Shown here in pieces: positions 1 to 12,721 of a DNA stretch of 64,000 bases. Source of the stretch: Mustelus asterias (Eukaryota); contig NC_135801.1 of assembly GCF_964213995.1 (NCBI RefSeq), positions 116,374,001 through 116,438,000 of the forward strand, in the 5' to 3' direction. The position numbers and the translations under genes were made by a program. Every line of letters begins with the position of its first letter. Positions within the stretch are counted from its first letter, which is position 1. Below the pieces are notes generated by a model. That model saw only the letters and a program-made list of their open reading frames with translations. It was not told the origin of the DNA and made no database searches.

Positions 1-2529
1 GATTATTTTTTCCAGATATTAACAACTTGCTAAGTAAATGAATTTCTCTTCATCTTCCTGCTGCATCTTTGGCCAATTATCTTATTTCTGTGCCTTCTGG
101 TTACTGTCTTGCCTGCCAGTGCAAACAATTTGTCTTTATTTATTCTATCAAAGCTCCTCTATCAAAGAGGAAAAAATGGTTAACATTTGGGTTCAGATAC
201 GTTAAAATAGATTATCACTGTCTCCCTCGTTTTCTCTGAAATATTGTTTTATACTTTAGAATTGTTATCCCAAACTAGCAGAAGTTTTGTGTAGAACTCA
301 CCTCACGTATACTAAATAAAGACTGCTGTACAAATCTCACTGTCTTGTTTGTAATCTCACTGGACGGGGGTCTTACTGACATCATCATGGGAGTTCTACG
401 CAAAATGATTTCTCCTAGTCCTTCACTGCCTAACAGTTTCAAAGAAACTTGTGTACAGATCCCCTTTCCTAATTATAATTACCATTATGTTTCTGGTAAG
501 TACAATACTTTAGTCCTTTAAACTGGTAATGCTAAAGATATAGCTACATAGTTTACTGGGATTATTTTGTTGGATATTTTCGATTTAATCAGAGAATCTC
601 TTTAAAAAAAACAACTATCTATAGCATATTTGGAAAGAAGTTTAAATTTATTCTTCAAAAATGATGCATGGATTGTGCGCTGAATTCTAGTGTCGCATTT
701 GCATTGTCCTGCCAGCGAAATTGTTTTTTTACAAGTTTAAGTCATATTTTAATTTGTATAATTCTAAAATAGCAGGAAAATGGCTGTTGCTTTGGCTGGC
801 TTGCACAAGTTTCTTAGTGAAACTGTTTGTCTAATGCTTTAAAAGGTTTGCTTAGAAAAGAACTTTTATGAGAATGATTGTAACTAGTAAACTGATTGTT
901 ACATTGTTGGTCTCGGGCTAGATAACCTGTTTGGCAACCCTAACTTTGGTTAATATTTGCATCCAGGTTGAACTGAAACAGTTTGCAGGCCTGGTCTGCA
1001 GAAACTGGAGCCTTTCACAAATTCTTCAGTACTTCATGCCGTGTCAAAGACACACGGTGGGCTTCGGAAGTAGACTGTCCAATATGAGGGTGCTGTTGGG
1101 AACTATTATCATTTTAAATTAGTGAGAAAATTAATTATCTTAAGTTACAAAATGCGCTTTCAACATTAAAAATATTGCGATGGGAAGAAAAATCTGCCCA
1201 CTCTGATAGAATGCAAGTTTTGTCACAAAATAAAAAATAGTATGATTCTCATTCGCACCTTTTTAAGAATGTGAGAGTTGCTAGCAGGATACACAGGTGG
1301 TTGCTTTGATGGTGACTGGATGTTCATAAATGTTGACAGTAGTTACAGGGGCACTTTATTTTTTTTTTACTGGGTTGACTGTGTAACATTGAAGTGTTTT
1401 GTAGCACTGATGCCATTGGAAGCATAATTGGTTTCCGAAGTGGGGCAACAATCTTCTCCCTACTCAAAATACTGAGTATTTTATTTGCTGTCTAGAATTG
1501 GCTTCCATTACCTCTTGCTGAAAGAAAGATTTTATTTGTATTGACATTTCTTTTTACTATCATTAAAATGTTTGATGTGTTAAAACTTTACTTGAATGTA
1601 ATGCAATTTACTGCAAAAATCTATGAAATTAATTAACAATAGACATTTTTTGTTGTAACAGTGATTGTGGTTCTGATTTTATTGTTGATATTGATTTTTA
1701 ATTAATGTAGGCAAATCAATCAGTTGCAGTAAATTATAAAACTTTACATTGGTGCTCACTCTGAAATATAAAATACAGATTTTAATGACAACAGTAAATC
1801 AATTTTGTTTCAAAAATCAAATCCAAATGATTTACTACTGAAATATTCAAAGGCTTAAAGTGTAGCATAAAAATACTGCACTTTTTTTCTCCAATAGATA
1901 TTACAGAACACAAGTGAATTGTTAAATGACATGTCTAATTTGCTATTTGCAATTCAAAGTACTAAAATATTTTGTGTATGTGGGTTTTGACCAAGTGCTT
2001 AAAGGGTTGTGTGTTTCAGTAGTCATTGGGAGATCTTATCAGAGAGTAATCAATTAAGTTATATGCAGCTTGTTCAAAGATAAATATTAAATGCAATTTC
2101 TTGCAACAGAATATTTTTAACTAATTTTAACTAATCTCAGTCAATAGCTGGATTATATGAACTTGAACTGTTTAACCACATGCAACCATCTGCTGATTGT
2201 GAACTGTCTTTTCACATCCTTTCACAGGTAAAATGGACGATATAATTTCTGCTTACATGTCCTTTTATGATTTGAAAAATCAGTGTGACTTATGAAATGT
2301 AGCCAGCTGTTGCCATTTTTTAAATGGTGCTAACCGTATAGTGCACTGGATTTTATGTTAATTATATACTTTCATTATATTCATTTATGAATCATAATTC
2401 TCCCAATGGCTCAGAAGGTTGTAATGTAGTGTGATAGAAAGGTACCCAGTTCAATTCTAGAGATATAACTTGATTAGAATTTGCCAGTGTCTTAATGCAG
2501 CATTGGATTATTTATGGTGTTTTTTTTAG

Positions 2530-2679
2530 GGTCATGATCAAAGCTCTACCTTGGCTCAGCACTCAGCTGAGCTGACTCTTCCTAAACACCTTCCTTTCCA
2601 TCGAGATCTACTTAGATATGCCAAGCTAATGGAGTGGTTAAAGAACACTGACCGTGAAAAATATGACGGTTTGAATAAG
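2530..2679 (+). CDS. EXOC1: EXOC1 (exocyst component 1/Sec3) internal coding exon, 150 nt
   Basis: tttttttag|GGTCAT...AATAAG|gtaagc; translates [50 protein letters not shown], recognisable vertebrate EXOC1; phase 0/0. Confidence 0.96.
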
Positions 2680-3349
2680 GTAAGCAGATGACTGGCACTG
2701 AATCATAGATAGTACCATCTGTTTTGATTTTTGCATTAAAAAAAATTAAAATGTTCATTTGGCCGTTTCTCAGATAACTGATGAAATGAGCTGGACCAGT
2801 CAAAATTGTGGAATTTGTTGATTCAATCATTTTTGAACTGGATAATACACCAGTACAGTGCAAAATATGAGCTGATTTATTGCACTTTGATAGATCATTG
2901 ATTTGTTTGTCAGCAATCAGGCAATATTGCTTTTTAGAAGTAGTTAAATCTTGAACTATTACATGTAGAAACCGCCTTCATGTAAATTACTAAGCTTTTC
3001 ATGTGAGGAATCCTTGCATTGTTTTTTTAATGACATCAAACCATACAAGGACCTTGTAGTTCAGATGACCAAAAGCTTGATCAAAGAGTTAGATGAAGAC
3101 CATGGTTTGTGGAGCAATAAAAAGCAGGATGCTTAAGAAGCCAGAATTAAATGAATGCAGAATTGGATGTTTGGACTGGAGGCAATTACAAAGATAAGCA
3201 GGTGGTAGACCATAAGGGGATTTGATAGCAAGACTGATAGTTTAAAATCAAGGCGTTGTTTAACCAGGAGCTGATTTTAGGTTAGTGAGAACAGGAGTGA
3301 AAGGAGGGCAGGGCTTGGTGCAAGTGAGGACACAAACACCAGCATTTAA

Positions 3350-3670
3350 GTGCAAGTGTATTTATTAGTGTCACAAGTAGGGTTAGATTAACACTGCAAT
3401 GAAATTACTGTGAAAATCCCCAAGTCGTCACATTCCAGCAGCTGTTAGGGTACACTGAGGGAGAATTTTACATGGCCAATGTATCTAATCAGCACGTCTT
3501 TCAGATTAAGAGGGGAAACCGGATCACCCGTAGGAAACCCATGCAGACACGGGGAGAACATGCAGGCTCTGCACAGTCAGTGACCCAAGCCAGGAATCGA
3601 ACCCAGGTCCCTGGTGCTGTGAGGCAGCAGTGCTAACCACTGTGCTAACCACAGTGCCACCATGCTGCCC
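3350..3670 (-). mobile_element. tRNA-derived V-SINE (HE1-like body), tail type B
   Basis: A/B-box head, V-domain, tail ...ggattttcacagtaa...gtgacactaataa on the minus strand. Confidence 0.85.
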
Positions 3671-4499
3671 ATGTTGGATGGCCTCTAATTTTGCTACTGT
3701 GGCAGAGTGGAGGCTGCTTTGTGGGATTCAAACATGGAATTCCAGGAAAGATGGGCACAAATTAGGAAGGTGACAACATTTTGAAGGACTTTGAACAGGA
3801 AAGAAAGTTGGGATAGGGTACTGGTTTGCAATGGTAATGAGGTAACTTTTTTTTTTAAGACGGTGGCAGATTTAAAGGAGAGAGGGACAACACATGAAGA
3901 GAGAAAACCATTAACGATCCCAGCCAATATGGGAACCAAGATGGAAATTAGATAGTCAGCAGTTTTGTGGGAATAGGATCAAGTGAGCAGGAGGTAAATC
4001 TCTTAGACCAGGCTTTTTCAAAGTGGGGGTCGTGACCTGCAGATGTGACAAGCGTCGTGGTGTTCCCCCAAAGATTGTGTGATTTGGTGCCAAGAATTGC
4101 ACACTACTCTAAATGCAGCCAAACCCCACTCCCGCAATTTTTTACTCTCTTGGAAATTATGTTTTTGAGCCATAAAGGGGATGGATAGAGTGAAGCACTA
4201 CCATCGGATGAGCATCTCAAACAGAAGTACAAACAGCATGCGTGAATCGGTCCACACGCGATTCTCCCGGCCCGCCATGCTAAAAAATTAGCGCGGCGAG
4301 ATGGGAGAATTGACCCCCTTAAACTCCAGGAACTGAATATTGCTGCCAGATTCTCTTTTTGTATCTGTTAAAGGTTACACATATAAACATATATAACAAA
4401 TATATGCTTTTATATATGTGTGTATATATATTAACTTCACAGTGCTCAGCAGAACAGAGTATATTAAATAAATGAATATGTAACCTTTTTTCTTTGTAG

Positions 4500-4605
4500 A
4501 ACTATGTAGACTATATTTCCAGATTATATGAAAGGGAAATTAAGGAATTCTTTGAGGTCGCAAAGATCAAGATGACTGGCACATCAAAAGAAGGAAAGAA
4601 GTTTG
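4500..4605 (+). CDS. EXOC1: EXOC1 coding exon, 106 nt
   Basis: tttgtag|AACTAT...TTTG|gtaagt; [35 protein letters not shown]; phase 0/1. Confidence 0.96.
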
Positions 4606-5691
4606 GTAAGTCTATCCCTATCTATATTAGCAGGGGACTATCCTGCTCATTAAGGTCCTTTGTAAACAGTGCCTAGGACCTGAGTTTTAGAAATGCAAAG
4701 AAATTTGTAGAAAGGCTAGTGCGTCTTGGGTGAAGCTGGTATCGTCCTGATATAATTGGTATTTTCTTCTTTTAGAAGTTGCATGGTGTGATTCCATTAT
4801 TTACTCATATTTAGGGAAACTTGCTTCACTTTTTGATTTGCCTGTACCATATTTGCAATAGATTGGCTGAGAAGTGGCATCTTAATTATAATAAAAACTG
4901 AACGTATAAATTAATTCAACTGGATGGCCAAATAATGGGCCATGTTGTGAAGTTTGCAAAATGCAGATATAGTCTAACAATTCATTTTAGAATGTTTTTC
5001 CATCTTTGCAATCAATAAATTGATCAGAAGTTTATTGTCAGACTAAATGTTTAAAGTATTTTATATAACTAGATGTTGCATGAAAGTCAGTCCATCTTTT
5101 GCTTATTTCCTAATCTAATTGAATTGATATACTGGCATCTCTTCAATCAAAGAAGAAGAGAAGTAGCTTTAAATTGAGATGGCAATTGGGAAAGCTAAGA
5201 AAACTGGCTTGTGTGACATGCAAGATATGACCAAGCCTGGATGTTCGAACTACCTAGGAGGAATACACTTACATGAAGTGTATAATAATTGAGTTCCTCA
5301 AAAAACAAAGGCTGGAGCTATAGTAACTGCACATCACACATAAGGAAGAAAACTAGCTGAAAACAAAGAGATGATAATTGTATGGACCAGCAGGAAGGAT
5401 TCAAGTTATTGCAGAAAGCAATATAGATATGTGCCAATATGTAGATGCATGAACGCAAGAAACAAAATATGCAAGTTAAAAGTGAGTATAAAGAAGACTA
5501 CTAAGTATCCTAGGACTTACTGGAACTTAACTAAAGAAAGCTGAATGAGGAATGCCATGTGTTTCTGGAAAGATGAAGAGGTGGAGTGGCACTGTTCTTC
5601 AGGAAAAGTTGCTAAAAGGGAAACTGGGAATTGGCATCAGGATAATCAGCAAGGGATAGTGGTGCGTGGAGAAGCATAGAAGTGGAATAAG

Positions 5692-6056
5692 TTTTTTTTT
5701 AAATTCATTTGTGGGACATGGGCATTGCTGGTTGGCCAACATTTATTGCCCATCCCTAGTTGCCTGAGGGCAGTTGAAAGTCAACCACATGCTGTGGCTC
5801 TGGAGTCACGTGTTGGCCAGACCGGATAAGGATGGCAGATGTCCTTCCCTAAAGGACATTAGTGACCCTGATGGGTTTTTCCGACAGTCGACAGCGGTTT
5901 CATGGTCATCAGTAGATTCTTAATTCCAGATATTTTTTATTGAATTCAAACTTCCACTATCTGCCGTGACGGTATTCGAACCAGGGTCCCCAGAACATTA
6001 GCTGAGTTTCTGGATTAATTATCTAGCAATAATACCACTAGGCCATCGCTTCCCCA
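5692..6056 (-). mobile_element. tRNA-derived SINE of a second family; tail shared with the CR1-like LINE at 56.2-57.8 kb
   Basis: Minus strand: GGGGAAGCGATGGCCTAGTGG (A box) ... GGTTCGAATACC (B box) ... GGGCAATAAATGTTGGCC...GCCCATGTCCC + A tail. Confidence 0.8.
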
Positions 6057-7584
6057 GTAGTACCAGTGGGAAGATGTCAGAGTAAAAGTTGTTGGTCGTG
6101 AAGCTGCACAGGTATCTGGATTGAAATGATGTTCAGTGTAATTTTATAAATGACTTGGAGAGCAAAATTTTGCCCAAGGCAACATCAAGTTAGAGTAGAT
6201 GCAAAGAATGTGAATAACCAAAAGGGATCTGGGTAGATTAGGTAAATGGGCAGAGAGATACTGAATGAAATGTAAAGTGAACCATACATTGATTTTTCGA
6301 GCACAGAAAAGGACTAGTTCACCCTTTGTCAATGTTGAACCAACCTAAAACTAATCCTTCTGTCCGAGTTGCTTTCCATAGCTATGTGCTGCCTACTGCT
6401 TTAATGATTATCTGTTTGTCCTTTAAACTGTAACAAAGTACTCCATTCTCTAAGAACATAATAAAAATTCTCCTAATCCCTCTCATCATTCTTTTTTTTA
6501 ATAACTTTATATTGATAATCCCACCTCCACTCATCATAAACTCCCAGAATAAATATTCAATCCAAATTCATTTTGTCAAAACCATGCATAGTTTTAAAAG
6601 TCTGCCTCAGCACGAGTCTCCATGTCTTCCGTCTACTTTCATAACTAGTTTTCTTTTATTCCTGGCATGGCATCATCCTGGTGAATCAATACTCTAGAAT
6701 TTCCTATGAAACTAGCTGGAACAAGTGAGGCTGCAGAGTACATATTATATGGCAACCTGCCTGAAGTACCAGCAGGAAGGAAGTTTGAGGGTTTTGATCG
6801 ATTGGTTATAAAACTGTCACATCAGTATTTACAATTGCTTAAAAAAAACAATGAAGTGCTGAGCTACAAGTCTTAGGAGATGATGTTAATGTTGTACCTG
6901 ACTTTGTATGATACTGCTTATGGACTACTGTGTTAACTTTTGTCTCCATTATAGGATTGAAGTAGCCTTACTAGTTAACATCCATGGGAGAGTAATGGGG
7001 CTGGTTACTGAACTATGTGAGCTGAAGGAAAAATGTCTACTGGGACTTTGCTGTTTGGCAATAAGGAAAATTGATGGGGGTATTTATGATTTTCGGGGTT
7101 GGAGAAAAAAGTTCTCTGTCAGACAAAAGGTCGAGGAGTCAGCTAGGACTGTTGAAGGAAATCTAGGCAACTTTTTTAACAAGTGAGGAATGATAGAAAT
7201 GTGAACAGAATACCAATAGAAATGGTGGAATAAACGACCATGATGGAATTAAAAAAGATAAATGATTTCCTCTTGGGACAGAGGATTCAGTGTATGTTAT
7301 TACACAAGAATATTATGGCAATGAGAAGCCCATTAGACTACCTTTCCAAACCCACTCATTTCACTCCATCAAAACCCATCATCATTTTTAAAAAACCTCA
7401 GTTAAATCTCTTTATCTTTCATGCTTAGTGTTCCAGATCATCTCTAATAGCTATAATTGTAGCATAAGTAACATGTTCTATTCCCGATATTGTCAGGAAT
7501 ACCTGCTAAGGGAACCAGGAAAGAGAAATATATATTTATATAACACCAAGCTTGGCTAATATACATAATAACATCACCATAGTT

Positions 7585-7715
7585 GTGCTTTGCATGCATG
7601 TGCTTATCTGTCTGCTTAGTGCCTAACAAATGTCATTCATCTACACGGTTTGTGCTACAGGCCTATAATCTAACCTATATTTGTGTTTCAATGCCTGCAA
7701 CCTAATCTCATACAG
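7585..7715 (+). promoter_or_regulatory. Cluster of splicing-regulatory motifs upstream of the EXOC1 cassette exon
   Basis: TGCATGCATG (two overlapping RBFOX UGCAUG) at 7591-7600, several YGCY (MBNL-type) motifs and CTAAC/CTAAT (QKI/branch-point-like) motifs. Confidence 0.55.
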
Positions 7716-7760
7716 CTACACTTCCTCGAAAAGAGAGTGCTGTCAAACAAGATCTAGAGA
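7716..7760 (+). CDS. EXOC1: EXOC1 45-nt symmetric cassette exon (counterpart of the alternatively spliced mammalian exon 11)
   Basis: catacag|CTACA...GAGA|gtgagt; (A)TLPRKESAVKQDLE(S); phase 1/1, so skipping keeps frame. Confidence 0.93.
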
Positions 7761-8539
7761 GTGAGTATTGTCTCCTTCGTCAAGTTGTTGTCTAATATTA
7801 AAGTGTTCCAACATCATGAAAATGTTATTATTTTTGGTTAGCTGTAATATGTTGGATAATGGCTTACTGATCTGAATCTTATATAATTTTAAGCAGGTTA
7901 GTGGAAATTGATGATTTAAAAAAAGATAATGAAAGTTCCCTGCTTTTAAGAAGATACATTAAGTGGTGTGACATTCTTATTTGCATAGATTAAGACGTTA
8001 GCTTTGAAGTATATGTGATACATTATATCCAACCTCTCTTCTTCTTTATTATTAAACTTTTGTTTGTGTTTTGAATATCTCATGAGTTGTTTCATTTGTG
8101 AAGTTTTTCTGGGTCTCTTAAACACAGCTTTTTTTCTAATGATTTGTAAAAGTAATTGTTATAAAATTATTTTTGGGCATGAATTTTTGAGCTATAATGC
8201 ACCTAACTTTAAATTCCTGAAAAAGAAAACATTTTGAATACAGTCTTAAACAGCAGTGATTGAAGCATTGCTTTCACATCTTTGAGCTTGGTTACAATCC
8301 AGTCCAAACTCCAAGGATGAAAGTTTCCTCTTTGCAGCAAGTGCAATCAGTGTCCGTAATGTAAAACATGCGCACGAGGTTCTGTCCAGTCCATGGAGCC
8401 TTTCACAAGGATAGAGCCAGAACAATGTGAACTGGCAATGGCTATAGAATATATATCTCTTCCTCCATTTGGAGCTGTCAATTTTGTGGCATAATCCCTG
8501 CCAAGAGAACCAGGTTCCTCAAGTTTAATACTGGAAGTG

Positions 8540-9120
8540 TCAGTCTTGCCTCGGTGGTTGGACTCTGATTCCTGAGTCAGAAGGCTGATGGTTCAAATCC
8601 CACTCAAGACCTGAGCCACACAATCAGTGCTCACTATCCTGTCAATACTGAAGGAGTTCTGCATTGTTGGAGGTGTTATCTTTCAGATAAGCCAAGGTGC
8701 CATCTGTCTTTTTGGATGGCTGTGAAAGATCTGATGGCTTTATTCAAAGCCATCAGATCTTTATTCAAAGAAGCACGCACAAGTTTTTTTTCCCCCAATC
8801 AGCCCAATATTATTTTCTCAACCAACATCTAACAACAACAACAACTTATATAGCACTGTAAGACACTTGTATAGCTCCTAAAACACTTCACAGGAGCATT
8901 ATAAAACAAAGTATGACACCAAGCTATATAAGTAGAAATTAGATATAGAACTAAAACCATTATCTTCCAATTTATTATTATGTGTAGTACCTGTCTATGC
9001 ACCAATTGGTTGCCCATTTTCGATATTAAAACAGTGACTACACTTCAAATGATCTTCATTGGGTGTGAGGCACTTTGGGACACCTTAAAATCAGGAAAGG
9101 TGCTCTATAAATGCAAGTTA
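8540..9120 (+). mobile_element. Old Deu-domain SINE (SacSINE1/AmnSINE-like), with a short internal insert
   Basis: Head ctgagtcagaagg...ggttcaaatcccactc; Deu-like core ggagttctgcattgttggaggtg...aaagatc; tail gcactttgggac...gaaaggtgctctataaatgcaagt. Confidence 0.75.
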
Positions 9121-10317
9121 TTTATTTTAAATCAAATATGAATACAGTAGATCTTTCCATTTTATTTTCGGTATAACAATCAATATTTGATCTGGGTAAA
9201 AGTAAAGTATTAGAGTGGACTTCTACATTAGTTCTTCTGTACTGATAAATATAACGTAATGAAACACTGAAGTCATGATCTAACAAAAAAAGTCATAAAC
9301 TGTCTTGCAGTTAATGAGTTGAGGTCAGACCATACTGTGGTCACGAAAATATGCACTAATAGAGAACTGACCCGCTATAAAGTCAGCATTGTTTAGGAAC
9401 CATAAGTTTAATGTATTTCCATCCTGCAGAGACATGCGACAAATCAATTTGCAAATTGTGTTTGCATTTTGATCCTATTCCACAATCCTATTAAAGTTAC
9501 ATTAGACAATTTAAAGAACTGTTTCTAAAATTAGTTATAGATAACTTTGAAGCATAATAACAATGTCTTGGCTTTTGCAAAATGTTTTTGTGTTTTGCCC
9601 ATGCACCCATGAAGAACTGAGTTGAGACTACCCAAGCATATATAACCATTACACTCATTGCGAAGTGATAGTTACCTCATTGATGTGGGTTGCATTCTCA
9701 AACTAGGAAGAATGAGTACAGTGCTAATCCATTGTGCCGCTGATATTGTATTCTTTCTTTGATTATGCCTCAACCTACCGCTGCTATCTACCAGCCATTC
9801 AATTCTCCCTGTCTACATTTTGTGGCTCATATTCCAATGTATTGGTTTGGCTTTATTGATCTTTTTTCCAAAAACGCTGAGAGCGTTTCCTGGTACAGTG
9901 CCTTATTTACGTCAGATACTTGGATATGCCATTTTGGTATGGCTCCAAAGTGTGGTGTTAGACTTGAGAAGGAATACTATACTGTGATATTTGTCTAGCT
10001 TGGGTGTAAAATTTAAACATTAGGAGAAAAGCAAGTAATGTAAATACTGATTTCATACTTAAGTCAAGGAATGACTCTTTTACACATAGAATAATGTGTG
10101 TGCAAGTCTTTGGTGGTTTTAACTGGAACCACCGTGAGCCAGGGATCTAGGAGAACTTTGTTATGCTGTGCTCATTCAACAAAACATTATATAGATGTAT
10201 AATGTAATAACTGTTCTCAGGTTGTTTACAGCACCTGGAAACTCCATCCAGGATGATAGTAGACCATTCATTCCTTTTCTTTCTTTGCTTCTACAAATGT
10301 GGCAATATTGCACAGAA

Positions 10318-10680
10318 ACATACATCGAAAATAAAAGCAGGAGTAGGCTGTTCGACCCTTTAAGCCTGCTCCGCCATGTATTATGATCATAGCTGATCAT
10401 CAAATTCAATATCCTGATCCCGCCTCTCTCTCCCCATGTCCCTTGATCCCTATAGCCCCAAGAAATATATATAATTTCTTCTTGAAATATCTCAACATTT
10501 TAGCCTCAACTACTTTCTGTGATAGTAAATTCCACAGATTCACCACTCTCTGGGTGAAGAAATTTCTCCTCACCTCACTCCTAAAAGGTTTACCCCTTAT
10601 TCTCAAACTTCAACCCTTAATTCTGGACTCCCTCACCATCAGGAACATTCTTTCTGAATCTACCCTGTCTTAATCCAGTT
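10318..10680 (-). mobile_element. CR1 LINE 3' fragment
   Basis: Minus-strand RIRGKPFRSEVRRNFFTQRVVNLWN, the CR1 ORF2 C-terminal motif, plus 3' UTR. Confidence 0.88.
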
Positions 10681-11361
10681 AAACGAAATTCTTTAGTGAT
10701 GTGCGACACATGTGAGGTGACACATTCTTCAGTGATGTGTAATAGATGTGCAGTTTCACATGGTACAAACTGTTATCTTATGGGTCAGTGGAATGAGGAA
10801 GCAAAACTTTATATTCAGAGCTGATAGTTATCAAATGTAAAGTGCAGCATGATATTTTTCAAGGTAATGTCTCTCACTGATTTAATTTTATTCAAAAAGC
10901 TGTCAAGTACAATTCCGGGGAATGAGTTGCCCTTATGTCTTCGAAGGGAAGCTGGACACTGATAGTAATGAAAACTTGGGTTGAAATTCTGGACTAAGTT
11001 CCTCCCAGTTCAAAGTCTGTTTTGCACTAAATAATGATTTTGGCAATTATATTAATTAGAGGAAGATGCAGCAAGGAGGATTTTTTTCAAATCTAATGAT
11101 CTTTCATTTGAATTAAGCAACTTTGTACTATGAGTAGATTGTAGATGAATGTGTGTAATTTTATTTTAACTGAATTCAATGTTTAACTGTCTTTTTTAAT
11201 AATGTGGACATGGTCAAGAATAATTATTTAAGGACAGATCTAATGGCAAAGTAATCCGTGTCAGTCATAACATCATCAAAATTATTACCTCAGACTAGGC
11301 AAAAGAAAGTAGACTCGGAGGACGCAAGTATAAATTGTGCAACGTAAATTCAGAATAGGTG

Positions 11362-11673
11362 CAAGTTGAGTATCCTTAATCCAAAATCCTTGGTGCAGAT
11401 TTCTCCTCAGTATTCAGATATTTTTAAATTTGGGATGTGATATGCTATAGGGTTCAGAGTGTAGATGCACTCTGCTGGGGGAGCCTTCTTGAATAGTTGT
11501 TCCAGCTTCATCTGCCTCATCAGCATTGTTTTTTGTTTCATAAGTTTGCCTTATATTTTATTATGTTGGCTCGGGTAGCAGACTTCCCACTCAAAGGTTC
11601 ACGATAGCTCACATTAGGGTTTATTTTTGGATGTGTTCAGCTTTCAGTTGTGTGGATAAAGGATATTTGACTG
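11362..11673. mobile_element. Tc1/mariner-pogo (Tigger-like) MITE remnant
   Basis: Imperfect TIRs CAAGTTGAGTATCCTTAATCC ... GGATAAAGGATATTTGACTG followed by TA. Confidence 0.6.
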
Positions 11674-11786
11674 TATCAAGAAAATATTCTTATTTCAGTG
11701 ATCTATTAAGAATAGTCTATCAGCCAGGTAAATAAATGTAAAGCATTTGAATTATTTAAGATATAATTAGATGCCATAATAGGACA

Positions 11787-12130
11787 GGGCGGCATGGTGG
11801 CACAGTGGTTAGCACCACTGCCTCACAGCACCAGGGACCTGGGTTTAACTCGAGCTTTGGGTGACTGGGTGGAGTTTACACATCCTTCCTAGTTCTGCAT
11901 GGGTTTCTTCTGGGTGTTCCAGTTTCTCCTCTCAGTCCAAAGATGTGCAAGTTAGGTGGATTGGCCATGCTAGATTGGCTCTTAGTGTCCCAAAATGTAT
12001 AGGTTAGGGGGATTGATGGGGTAAATATGTCCGTTTATGGGCATAGGACAGGTCTGGGCCTGAGCAAGATGTTATTAGAGAGCCAGTGCAGATTTGATGG
12101 GCCGAATGGCCTCCTGCACTGTAGGAATTC
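11787..12130 (+). mobile_element. V-SINE (HE1-like), CR1-type tail A
   Basis: gggcggcatggtggcacagtggttagc head; tail gatgggccgaatggcctcc..gcactgtagg. Confidence 0.88.
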
Positions 12131-12557
12131 CTGGTGTAATACTGTAAAGATAAGTTTCAGTAGGTGGAATGGCATTCTCAAAACCCTGACTGCTATATGT
12201 TATGATAGTTTTGGTTTGGTGGCACAGCTAAAATATTTATAAAACTGTAAGTAAACTTTCCCTAACTGAACGTTTTGACTATTTAGTTTCTTAAATTTCA
12301 ATAGGGAAGTTATTATATTTAAGATTACCCCTCAGAAACCTGCATTCATGTGTGTAGTTGAGCTTATTTTAATAGATGGTAATGAACAAATATTCATAAT
12401 GAATAGTCATGCACTATCAGTTATTAAATAGGATTATCCTTGAAGATTCATTAAAATGTTTTGATTTTTATGGACTATCTTATAAAGTTGTGCACTTTGG
12501 AATTCCAGTAATGTGATTGGAAGTTGCTGTCATTGATTTAGATTTATTGAACTGCAG

Positions 12558-12721
12558 GTCTCCATGGAAGTTCTGGAAAACTTACTGGTTCCACCTCCAG
12601 CCTAAACAAACTGTCTGTTCAGGGGCCAGGGAATCGTCGATCTCAGTCATCTTCACTGCTGGATATGGGAAACATGTCTGCATCAGACCTTGATGTGGCT
12701 GATAGAACTAAGTTTGATAAG
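12558..12721 (+). CDS. EXOC1: EXOC1 coding exon, 164 nt
   Basis: actgcag|GTCTCC...GATAAG|gtaata; [54 protein letters not shown]. Confidence 0.96.

Noticed and set aside
2205-2235. Recursive-splice-like site (pyrimidine tract CACAG|GTAAAA)
   Set aside because: Weak donor, only 300 nt from the real acceptor; expected by chance
4010-4060. hAT-like terminus CAGGCTTTTTCAAAGTGGGGGTCG
   Set aside because: No partner TIR or 8-bp TSD found
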